Assembly (NCBI GenBank): GCA_038214755.1
Contig: JBBQRQ010000114.1
Location: 1-15,857 of the forward strand
DNA length: 15,857 bases
From: Verrucomicrobiota bacterium
GTDB taxonomy: Bacteria > Verrucomicrobiota > Verrucomicrobiia > Limisphaerales > CANJXF01
Direction of reading: 5' to 3'
The notes under the pieces are model-generated. The model saw only the letters and a program-made list of their open reading frames with translations. It was not told where the DNA came from and searched no databases. A program made the translations under genes and the position numbers. Positions 8,211 through 15,763 of the stretch are shown piece after piece (position 1 is the first letter of the stretch; each line of letters opens with the position of its first letter).

Positions 8211-8405
8211 GCAAAATATTTAACCGCTCTGCGAAAGGTTGGCAATGGGCAACCCTCTGTTAAAAAGCAATCGCCAAATCTTTTTTGCGATCCGACAAGT
8301 GTAGTCATGTGCCAAGCCGGGGTCATTCAGAAAAAAGAAAGCTTTCCTTTGCGAATGGTTAAATTCTTTGCACAGCGTTTCCTTCCGGGTTAAATCCCCG
8401 CACTC

Positions 8406-9812
8406 ATGAAACGAACGCATTTAATTTTTATCGTCGCGGTGGGTTCTTTGTTTGGAATTCTGCTTCCTGTTGCGCAAGCGGCCGCGCGCTCGCCCAACAT
8501 CATCATCATTCTCGCGGACGACCTCGGATACGGCGACCTGGGTTGTTACGGACATCCCAGCATTCGCACCCCTAACCTCGACCGCATGGCTGCCGAAGGA
8601 ATGCGCTTTACCGATTTTTATGTGGCCGCGACCGTTTGCACACCGAGCCGCGCGGCCTTGCTCACGGGCCGTCTGCCCATTCGCAATGGGATGGCGGGCA
8701 GCGAAAGTCGGCGTGTGCTTTATGGCGTTTCCACTGGCGGTTTGCCGCCGGAAGAAATCACCATTGCGACCGCTCTCAAGACAAAAAATTACGCAACCGC
8801 CTGCATCGGCAAATGGCATCTCGGACATCTGCCGCAATATTTGCCGACCGCGCACGGGTTCGATTCTTTCCTCGGTTTGCTTTGGTCGAACGACATGGAG
8901 CCAAATAAAGATGTCAAAATGCCGAAAGCCGCTTCGATGGATTTGAATCCCGACCCGCGCTGGTGGAAGCCGTCGCTTTATCGCGACGGCAAAATCATTG
9001 AGCAGCCCACCGATTTATCCACCTTGACGAAACGCTACACGGCCGAGGCGAAAAAATTTATTCGCGAGAACAAAAAGAAACCGTTCTTCCTTTATTTTCC
9101 ACACACGTTTCCCCACGTGCCGCTCTTTGCCTCGAAGGATTTCCAAGGCAAAAGTTCGCGCGGCTTGTTTGGCGATGTGGTGGAAGAACTCGATTGGAGC
9201 GTGGGCGAAATTTTGAAAACGCTGCGCGAAGAAAAACTGGCAGAGAACACATTTGTTTTTTTCACGAGCGACAATGGTCCGTGGCTCGTCAAGGAATTGG
9301 CCGGCGGCTCGGCGGGACTTCTGCGCGAAGGAAAAGGCAGCACGTGGGAAGGCGGGATGCGCGAACCGGCCATTGCCTGGTGGCCGAAAAAAATTAAAGC
9401 CGGTGTCGTGACCCATGAATTGGCGGCGTCGATGGATTTGTTAAACACCTGTTTGAATCTCGCGGGCGTGGCCGTTCCAAAAGATCGCGTGATGGATGGC
9501 GTTGACATGGCGCCGATTTTATTCGACGGAGAAAAAAGCCGGCGTGACACGATCTATTATTATCGCGGCGCGGAATTGTTCGCCGTGCGCAAAGGCCAAT
9601 TCAAAGCGCACTTTCAAACCGCGCCGGGCTACGCGGGCAATCGCATTCAGGAAAAATTTGAGAAACACGATCCGCCGCTCCTGTTCAATCTCGCGCAAGA
9701 CCCGTCGGAAAGATTCGACGTCGCCGAAAAATATCCCGAAGCGCTCGCCGACATTCAACGCGAAGTGGAACAGCACACGAAGAATTTGGTGCCGGGTAAG
9801 CCGCAATATTAA
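8406..9812 (+). CDS. Secreted Cys-type (formylglycine-dependent) sulfatase, arylsulfatase A-like
   Basis: Signal peptide, PNIIIILADDLGYGD, CTPSRAALLTGR signature, GKWHLG, FTSDNG, GKGSTWEGGMREP and LFNLAQDPSE. Confidence 0.95.
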   Translation: MKRTHLIFIVAVGSLFGILLPVAQAAARSPNIIIILADDLGYGDLGCYGHPSIRTPNLDRMAAEGMRFTDFYVAATVCTPSRAALLTGRLPIRNGMAGSESRRVLYGVSTGGLPPEEITIATALKTKNYATACIGKWHLGHLPQYLPTAHGFDSFLGLLWSNDMEPNKDVKMPKAASMDLNPDPRWWKPSLYRDGKIIEQPTDLSTLTKRYTAEAKKFIRENKKKPFFLYFPHTFPHVPLFASKDFQGKSSRGLFGDVVEELDWSVGEILKTLREEKLAENTFVFFTSDNGPWLVKELAGGSAGLLREGKGSTWEGGMREPAIAWWPKKIKAGVVTHELAASMDLLNTCLNLAGVAVPKDRVMDGVDMAPILFDGEKSRRDTIYYYRGAELFAVRKGQFKAHFQTAPGYAGNRIQEKFEKHDPPLLFNLAQDPSERFDVAEKYPEALADIQREVEQHTKNLVPGKPQY

Positions 9813-9854
9813 AACGGCTGTGATTCCCAAACGGCAGTCGCTATTGGTGCCGTT

Positions 9855-9957
9855 AAAAGCGGCGGAGGGCCGCCGCACTCCAAGACGCTCGCGCGAATTT
9901 CGACGGCGCATCAACGGCGCGAAGCGTTTTGGAGTGCGTCAGTCCTCTGGCGCTTTT
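9855..9957. repeat. REP-like inverted pair (GGAGTGCG...GCGCTTT family)
   Basis: aaaagcggcggagggccgccgcactccaagacgct (9855-9889) and agcgttttggagtgcgtcagtcctctggcgctttt (9923-9957) are imperfect inverted repeats, each with an internal hairpin. Confidence 0.8.
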
Positions 9958-9988
9958 GTTCTGATCGCCAGTTTAAATCACATCCTAT

Positions 9989-10054
9989 TAAATCGGTAAA
10001 CGGAAACGGAACCAGAAGAACGTCCCCTCGCTTATAATTTATCGTAGATGGCAT
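9989..10054 (-). pseudogene. Truncated PemK/MazF-family toxin (N-terminal ~22 codons only)
   Basis: ATG 10054 gives MPSTINYKRGDVLLVPFPFTDL, the typical PemK/MazF N-terminus. The expected K.RP motif and the rest of the domain are absent. The frame runs into the REP and stops at 9911. Confidence 0.75.
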
Positions 10055-10217
10055 CTTCGGCGTTTTCCCAAAAAGAAAAAGCAGGTTGCGCGAGGTGAGT
10101 CCACGCAAGATCTTCGGGAGAAATTTTTAAGTGCTGAGGAAGGTCTTGCACCAATTTCATCTGGTCTTTGATTTCGAGTCGTTCAATTGCTTCCGTTATT
10201 TCCTGCACTGTGCTCAT
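10032..10217 (-). CDS. Putative antitoxin of the PemK/MazF locus (61 aa)
   Basis: MSTVQEITEAIERL...AFSFWENAEDAIYDKL. The acidic C-terminal W.N.ED..YD.L motif is typical of small proteins upstream of PemK-like toxins. Overlaps the toxin start by 23 nt. Confidence 0.7.
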   Translation of the reverse strand: MSTVQEITEAIERLEIKDQMKLVQDLPQHLKISPEDLAWTHLAQPAFSFWENAEDAIYDKL

Positions 10218-10287
10218 GGCTGCTTTGATAACGTGAAGGTCGCGATGTTTCAAGTTCGTTCAAGCTCCCATCCCGGAGCACTTTTTA

Positions 10288-10482
10288 ACCGGAACTATTC
10301 AGTGAAGAGAAACGCTCGACCTCACCCCGGCCCTCTCCTCCGAGGAGAGGGAGAATATTATTCAGCGTTGGAAAGTATTCACCGTTGAATGCCTGATTGC
10401 GGACCCTGCTGGCAGGTTCCCTCTCCTCGGGGGAGAGGGTTAGGGTGAGGGCGAACAATCTGTCCAACTGAATCGTTCCGGT
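10288..10482. mobile_element. 195-bp MITE, copy 1 (TIR ACCGGAAC(T/G)ATTCAGT, TTA target duplication, internal BoxC-like hairpins)
   Basis: TIRs match at 15 of 16 positions. Flanked by tta (10285-10287) and tta (10483-10485). 190/195 identical to 15495-15689. Confidence 0.85.
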
Positions 10483-10576
10483 TTAAAGGGGCGCCGTTGC
10501 GCGGGTTAAGACCATTCCCGCTGTATTCGATTCGATGCGAACATCACACGCTGCGGCCGGAACAGAGTCTTCGCTT

Positions 10577-11833
10577 TCAGAAAAGAATTTTGAAGGGAAT
10601 ATCCAACGATTTGCCTGCGGAATTAGTTTCCTGCCCACCCGAATCGATCAAATCGGCTCCGACCGAATAAACGATTTTCTTTTCAACTGAATAGCGCAAC
10701 GGCTTTCCGTCAAAATCATCAAGTGGAATTGCGGAAAGAAATTCGGGAACAAGATCGGTCAATGACTTTGGCAATTGGCCGTATTTCATCTTGTAACATT
10801 TCAGAGCGAGAATGGCTTGGGTTGCGGAAACGGCAACATTCTCCTCGCACTTTCTTACGAGAATATTTTCAGAAAACGCGAGCCAGTTGACCATAACTTC
10901 GCCCACCACATTCCCCGAAAGAAACTGCGGAACAGTAAAAACGTTTGTGCTCACACTCACCGAATTGTGGGGCTTGTCGTGGAAGCAATGAGGAATGCAT
11001 GACAACTCGAACCGGGCACGCTTCGCGAACTTCGCTCGCGTCTTTTCTTGATTTAAAAGCGTCATCGTTATGAGCTTGGCGCTGACGTATTCCGTCGGAT
11101 TCGTCATTCCCGTAACTTTTCCTCTCTTCCACTCTTTCAGTAATTTGACCTGAAGCTGGTATTCTTTTTTGATCGCATTCGTTAAGCCCATGCCATTGGC
11201 AGAGAGTTGAGCCAATCCACCTCGAAGGTTTTGGATTGAGTCATAGGAAAACGTGGTGTTCCCGACCATTTCGCGCAGTGTTTTTAGGGCAAGCATTTTG
11301 ATCGCCGAGCCCGCCAGATAATGGTCCAGAATTCCGTCAGACTCTTCGACCTGGTGACCGAAACGGGCTACGCGCCCGATCGTATCCACCGCTTCCTTTT
11401 CCTTTCCCTCACGAAATTCGGTCAGAGCGCGAAGCAAGACAACGCGACTGAGATTTTTGAGATCTCCGAGATACTCAAAGTTCTCGTCGATGCTCTGTAT
11501 TTCCGGAATTTGAAAACGCGGGAGGCGAAACATCTCGTCGATGAATTCCAAACTCTTTCGATTTTCTGCCAAAATTTCATCGGCTGCTTTGCCGTCCCAC
11601 GATGACCAATCGAGAATATCTTTGCGGTTCGGCATTTTCGGCCAATACAGTTCTTCGCGGGCTTTTTCAAAAACGAAAAAACCATTCTCGTTCGATGAAA
11701 CATTGGAACGGGTGAACCGGAGATCGGCATCGGAAACCACAGGGGATTTTCCGCGAAGCACTAAAAGAGTACCGATCAGGACCGCTGCCAGCGCCACCAC
11801 ACTCGCACCTGCAATGAAAAGTTTTTTCTTCAC
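10577..11833 (-). CDS. Membrane-anchored hypothetical protein with a pseudopilin/GspG-like C-terminal motif
   Basis: GTG start and one N-terminal TM helix (LFIAGASVVALAAVLIGTLLVL). C-terminal ALKCYKMKYGQLPKSLTDLVPEFL..IPLDDFDGKPLRY...YSVGAD..D.GG. Confidence 0.75.
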   Translation of the reverse strand: MKKKLFIAGASVVALAAVLIGTLLVLRGKSPVVSDADLRFTRSNVSSNENGFFVFEKAREELYWPKMPNRKDILDWSSWDGKAADEILAENRKSLEFIDEMFRLPRFQIPEIQSIDENFEYLGDLKNLSRVVLLRALTEFREGKEKEAVDTIGRVARFGHQVEESDGILDHYLAGSAIKMLALKTLREMVGNTTFSYDSIQNLRGGLAQLSANGMGLTNAIKKEYQLQVKLLKEWKRGKVTGMTNPTEYVSAKLITMTLLNQEKTRAKFAKRARFELSCIPHCFHDKPHNSVSVSTNVFTVPQFLSGNVVGEVMVNWLAFSENILVRKCEENVAVSATQAILALKCYKMKYGQLPKSLTDLVPEFLSAIPLDDFDGKPLRYSVEKKIVYSVGADLIDSGGQETNSAGKSLDIPFKILF

Positions 11834-11860
11834 GCGCTCGAATCTTAGTCGCCACCGGAA

Positions 11861-12179
11861 TTACTCCAGGGACATTTCAACAAAATCGCCCGGCTTTGGG
11901 GGCGGCTACTGTGGCGGCAATTTATCTTCCATCCGTCTGAGCGTTGGCCAGTCGTTCGTCGGCAAAGCCAAAATTGAAAGTTTTCGACCAAAGACAGCCT
12001 GTTGGGTATTTGAGATTTCGATCGCTGTTCAGAAATGCGTCGAACTCTAGTTCCACGGCTTGAAGCAACGCGCCATTTTTTAATCTTCCCCAACCCATTT
12101 CCTGAGCGGTCTTGACAGTGTGGGCGGCGAGAAACTTTCGTAGTGGGCGCGGGAGGCAAGCATCCAGCAGAACTTTCAT
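11861..12179 (-). pseudogene. DUF5615 PIN-like (VapC45-type) toxin, frameshifted
   Basis: ATG 12179 overlaps the antitoxin TGA (ATGA). MKVLLDACLPRPLR...TAQEMGW..LKNG.LL...FDAF..SDRNLKY. Homology continues only after correcting single-base indels at 12004-12006, 11921-11923 and 11898-11902, and ends at TAA 11861. Confidence 0.8.
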
Positions 12180-12412
12180 GCAGGTTGGAGGAGCGTCTTG
12201 TGGGCGTATTCCAAAACGGCAACGGCCTGCTCGCGCGTGACGTCGGGAAAGCAATCCAAGTACTCGGCGAGGCTCAGGCCGCTTTCCAAATTGTTGAAAA
12301 GGCTCTCCACCGGCACGCGCGTGCCTCTGAAGCAAGGCGCGCCGCTCAACCGTTCGGGGTCAACCCAGATGGGAATGTCCGCGGGAAAATTGAACGTCGG
12401 CGCTGATTTCAT
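12176..12412 (-). CDS. DUF433 family antitoxin (VapB45-like)
   Basis: IWVDPERLSGAPCFRGTRVPVESLFNNLESGLSLAEYLDCFPDVTREQAVAVLEYA, the DUF433 signature. Confidence 0.9.
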   Translation of the reverse strand: MKSAPTFNFPADIPIWVDPERLSGAPCFRGTRVPVESLFNNLESGLSLAEYLDCFPDVTREQAVAVLEYAHKTLLQPA

Positions 12413-12420
12413 CCGCGTTC

Positions 12421-12448
12421 ATTTTAGCAAATGATCACGGATTGTCAC
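12421..12448 (-). promoter_or_regulatory. sigma70-like promoter of the DUF433/DUF5615 operon
   Basis: Minus strand GTGACA - 16 nt - TAAAAT (with an extended TG), 8 nt before ATG 12412. The -35 hexamer overlaps the gcvP stop codon. Confidence 0.45.
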
Positions 12449-15447
12449 GCGGCGTAATTTTCCATCCCCACGCAAGAACAAACCAAGTTGCGGTCGCCAT
12501 AAACATTGTCGATGCGCCCGACGCTTGGCCAAAATTTATTTTCGCGCGACCACTGGGCGGGGAACGCGGCCTGTTCGCGCGAGTATGGGCGACCCCATTT
12601 GTCGCTCATGACGGCTTCGGCGGTGTGCGGCGCGTTTTTGATGACGTTGTTTTGTTTGTCCACTTTGCCGGATTCGATTTCCAAAATCTCCGCGTGGATG
12701 GAAATCATCGCTTCGCAAAAACGGTCGAGCTCTTCCTTCGATTCGCTCTCGGTTGGCTCGATCATCATCGTGCCGGGAACGGGAAACGAAATCGTCGGCG
12801 CATGAAATCCGTAATCCATCAAACGTTTCGCGACATCTTCCACACTCACGCTTCTGAACTGGCGCAAATCAACAATGCACTCGTGCGCGATGAAATTATT
12901 TTTACCTTTGTAGAGCACGGGGAAAAACGAATCGAGCCGATGCGCGATGTAGTTCGCATTGAGAATCGCCATCTTCGTCGCATCCGCCAAACCGCTTCCG
13001 CCCATGAGCGAAATGTAAACCCACGAAATCGTCAGAATGCTCGCGCTGCCCCACGGCGCGGCGGAGACAGAACCGATTGCCGATTGCCGATTGCCGATTG
13101 GCGATTGCGGAGAAACAACCGGATGGCCTGGCAAAAATTCCACAAGATGTTCCGCGACACCAATCGGCCCCATTCCCGGGCCGCCGCCGCCATGCGGAAT
13201 GCAAAACGTTTTGTGCAAATTCAAATGACAAACATCCGCGCCAATATCGCCGGGCGAACACAAACCCACTTGCGCATTCATGTTCGCACCGTCCATGTAA
13301 ACCTGCCCGCCGTGTTCGTGAACAATTTTACAAATCTCGCGAATGCCCTCCTCGAACACTCCGTGGGTCGATGGATACGTGACCATGAGCGCCGCGAGAT
13401 TATTTTTGTGCGATTCAGCTTTGGCGCGTAGGTCGTCCACGTCGATGTTGCCGTTCGTATCGCAGGCCACCGCCACAACTTCCATTCCCGCCATGACTGC
13501 GCTGGCGGGATTCGTGCCGTGCGCAGATGTGGGAATGAGACAAATGTTGCGATGATTTTCGTCACGGCTCTCGTGAAATTTTCGAATGACGAGCAATCCC
13601 GCGTATTCGCCTTGCGATCCGGCGTTCGGCTGCAGCGACACGGCGGAAAACCCAGTAATTGCCGCGAGCCATTGTTCAAGCTGACGAAAAACAATCTGAT
13701 AGCCGCGCGTCTGTTCCAGCGGCGCGAATGGATGAATCTTGGAAAATTCCGGCCACGAAACAGGAAACATTTCCGCCGTCGCATTCAACTTCATCGTGCA
13801 GGAGCCGAGCGGAATCATCGACGTGGTGAGCGACAAATCTTTTATTTCGAGCCGCTTGATGTAGCGAAGCATTTCCGTTTCGGAATGGTATTTGTTGAAA
13901 ACGGGATGGGGGAGGAATGGCGATTTACGATTTACGAATGACGAGTCCAGCGAAGTTTCCGAAATCAATTCTCCGATGGAAAATGTTGGCGGCTTGCCGC
14001 TGTTGAAAACAGAAAGAATATCGACGAGGTCTTTTTCCATCGTCGTTTCGTCGAGGGAAATGCCAAGCGTGTGCTCGTCGAACACGCGGAAATTCATGTG
14101 ATGCGCTTCGGCAATTTTCAAAATATCCGCGCTCAGTTTAGTGCCGAGGTGGATTTGAAGCGTGTCAAAATAGGGCAGGCGTCTCGCCTGCCCATCTTCG
14201 CGAGATGTCGCTTCGGGGCTGGGCAGGCGAGACGCCTGCCCTACTTTGTAGCCGAGCTTTTCCAGTCCAGTCGCCAACACGCGGGTTAGATTATGGATTC
14301 GTTGCGCGATTTTTTTTAAACCTTCCGGCCCGTGATAAACCGCATACATCGACGCCATGTTCGCGAGCAACGCTTGCGCCGTGCAAATGTTGCTCGTCGC
14401 TTTTTCGCGGCGGATGTGTTGCTCGCGGGTTTGCAACGCGAGACGCAATGCCGGCTTGCCGCTGGAATCTTTGGACACGCCAATCAAACGTCCAGGCATC
14501 TGTCGTTTGTAAACATCGCGCGTGGCAAAAAACGCGGCGTGCGGCCCGCCATAACCGAGCGGAACTCCAAAACGTTGTGCGCTGCCCACGGCGACATCCG
14601 CGCCAAATTCTCCCGGCGGTTTCAACAACGTGAGCGCGAGTAAATCCGCCGCGACAACGAACAACGCCCCTGCCTCGCGAACTTGTCTGGAAAAATTTTC
14701 GTAATCGTAAATCGCGCCGTCGGTTGCCGGATATTGCACGAGCGCGCCAAAAACTTTTTCGTTCGCGTGAAACGTTTGATGATCACCGATGATGACTTCG
14801 ATTCCGAGCGGCTGCGCGCGAGTTCGAATCACCTCGATGGTTTGCGGATGGCAAAGTTCCGAAATGAAAAAAACATTTCGCTCCGGCTTCACGTTTTGGC
14901 AAAGATGCATCGCTTCAGCGGCAGCAGTCGCTTCATCGAGCAAAGACGCATTCGCGATTTCCAAACCGGTCAAATCAGAAATCATCGTCTGAAAATTCAG
15001 CAGCGCTTCCAGACGGCCTTGGGAAATTTCCGCCTGATACGGCGTGTATTGGGTGTACCAACCGGGATTCTCAAAAATATTTCGCTGGATGACCGGCGGC
15101 GTGATGCAATCCGAATATCCCATTCCGATGAAGGAACGGAAAACTTGATTCTTCGAGGCGATGGCGCGGAGTTCATTCAAGACGGCGTGCTCGCTCCAAC
15201 CCGCCGGAAGTTGCGGCGGATTTTTTAAACGAATTTGTTGCGGAACAACTTTGTCGATAAATGCGTCGAGATCGCGGCAGCCGAGCAACTGCAACATGCT
15301 GGCGGTTTCCTCGGCATTGGGACCGATGTGGCGATGAACAAATTTATCGGTGTGGGCAAGCATCGTTTGAAGATTTTGACCAGCGGAAGTTTCCGGTGAT
15401 TTGGCAATTAAATTTTCCACAAACAAAAGTGTTGGCGTTCCGATCAT
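12445..15447 (-). CDS. gcvP: Glycine dehydrogenase (decarboxylating), glycine cleavage system P protein, single-chain form; alternative starts GTG 15420 or ATG 15363
   Basis: [72 protein letters not shown]-lysine motif [18 protein letters not shown] and [15 protein letters not shown]. Confidence 0.98.
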   Translation of the reverse strand: MIGTPTLLFVENLIAKSPETSAGQNLQTMLAHTDKFVHRHIGPNAEETASMLQLLGCRDLDAFIDKVVPQQIRLKNPPQLPAGWSEHAVLNELRAIASKNQVFRSFIGMGYSDCITPPVIQRNIFENPGWYTQYTPYQAEISQGRLEALLNFQTMISDLTGLEIANASLLDEATAAAEAMHLCQNVKPERNVFFISELCHPQTIEVIRTRAQPLGIEVIIGDHQTFHANEKVFGALVQYPATDGAIYDYENFSRQVREAGALFVVAADLLALTLLKPPGEFGADVAVGSAQRFGVPLGYGGPHAAFFATRDVYKRQMPGRLIGVSKDSSGKPALRLALQTREQHIRREKATSNICTAQALLANMASMYAVYHGPEGLKKIAQRIHNLTRVLATGLEKLGYKVGQASRLPSPEATSREDGQARRLPYFDTLQIHLGTKLSADILKIAEAHHMNFRVFDEHTLGISLDETTMEKDLVDILSVFNSGKPPTFSIGELISETSLDSSFVNRKSPFLPHPVFNKYHSETEMLRYIKRLEIKDLSLTTSMIPLGSCTMKLNATAEMFPVSWPEFSKIHPFAPLEQTRGYQIVFRQLEQWLAAITGFSAVSLQPNAGSQGEYAGLLVIRKFHESRDENHRNICLIPTSAHGTNPASAVMAGMEVVAVACDTNGNIDVDDLRAKAESHKNNLAALMVTYPSTHGVFEEGIREICKIVHEHGGQVYMDGANMNAQVGLCSPGDIGADVCHLNLHKTFCIPHGGGGPGMGPIGVAEHLVEFLPGHPVVSPQSPIGNRQSAIGSVSAAPWGSASILTISWVYISLMGGSGLADATKMAILNANYIAHRLDSFFPVLYKGKNNFIAHECIVDLRQFRSVSVEDVAKRLMDYGFHAPTISFPVPGTMMIEPTESESKEELDRFCEAMISIHAEILEIESGKVDKQNNVIKNAPHTAEAVMSDKWGRPYSREQAAFPAQWSRENKFWPSVGRIDNVYGDRNLVCSCVGMENYAA
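13073..13107 (-). repeat. Intragenic heptamer array, 5 x CCGATTG, inside gcvP
   Basis: ccgattg ccgattg ccgattg ccgattg gcgattg, translated as [12 protein letters not shown]. Confidence 0.85.
13921..13948 (-). repeat. Intragenic degenerate heptamer array (CGATTTA-like) inside gcvP
   Basis: cgattta cgattta cgaatga cgagtcc, translated as DSSFVNRKS. Confidence 0.55.
14171..14244. repeat. Intragenic GTAG-type REP doublet inserted in frame in gcvP
   Basis: tagggcaggcgtctcgcctgccca (14171-14194) is the exact reverse complement of tgggcaggcgagacgcctgcccta (14220-14243). Each arm is a hairpin, and there is a GTAG/CTAC end at 14241-14244. Confidence 0.9.
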
Positions 15448-15453
15448 GCGGCG

Positions 15454-15481
15454 AAAGTAAAATCCCTCGAAAGCAAAGCAA
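15454..15481 (-). promoter_or_regulatory. Candidate sigma70-like promoter for gcvP
   Basis: Minus strand TTGCTT - 16 nt - TACTTT, 6 nt before ATG 15447. Confidence 0.4.
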
Positions 15482-15494
15482 GCGGCCTTTCTAA

Positions 15495-15689
15495 ACCGGA
15501 ACTATTCAGTGAAGAGAAACGCTCGACCTCACCCCGGCCCTCTCCTCCGAGGAGAGGGAGAATATTATTCAGCGCTGGAAAATATTCACCGTTTAATGCC
15601 TGATGGCGCACCCTGCTGGCAGGTTCCCTCTCCTCGGGGGAGAGGGTTAGGGTGAGGGCGAACAATCTGTCCAACTGAATCGTTCCGGT
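15495..15689. mobile_element. 195-bp MITE, copy 2 (TAA target duplication)
   Basis: Same TIRs and orientation as 10288-10482. Flanked by taa (15492-15494) and taa (15690-15692). Confidence 0.85.
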
Positions 15690-15729
15690 TAAGACCGGAG
15701 GGGCTTAACGCAGTTTTCAGAACATCTGG

Positions 15730-15757
15730 TTGCGCCGTAAAACTTTCGGCGTATCTT
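15730..15757 (+). promoter_or_regulatory. Candidate sigma70-like promoter for the small membrane protein
   Basis: TTGCGC - 16 nt - TATCTT, 6 nt before ATG 15764. Confidence 0.4.
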
Positions 15758-15763
15758 GGGCGC

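Noticed and set aside
6015..9812. Halogenase plus sulfatase as a joint pathway
   Set aside because: The genes are divergent and separated by a terminator and an unrelated gene. The sulfatase is exported while the halogenase is cytoplasmic, so only proximity links them.
10285..10467. 60-aa ORF (and the similar 76-aa ORF at 15444-15674) reading LTLTLSPEERE...LLGGEGRGE
   Set aside because: These are translations of the MITE hairpins and show no evidence of being real proteins.
11845..12335. ORFs 11845-12222 and 11922-12335 as intact genes
   Set aside because: 11922-12335 contains only the N-terminal part of the frameshifted PIN toxin fused to out-of-frame sequence. 11845-12222 is an alternative frame with no homology.
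12442..13431. 329-aa plus-strand ORF and other plus-strand ORFs within gcvP
   Set aside because: Antisense shadows of a highly conserved gene.
10288..15689. Composite transposon carrying gcvP between the two MITE copies
   Set aside because: Each copy has its own matched duplication (TTA/TTA and TAA/TAA) and the outermost flanks differ, which indicates two independent insertions.
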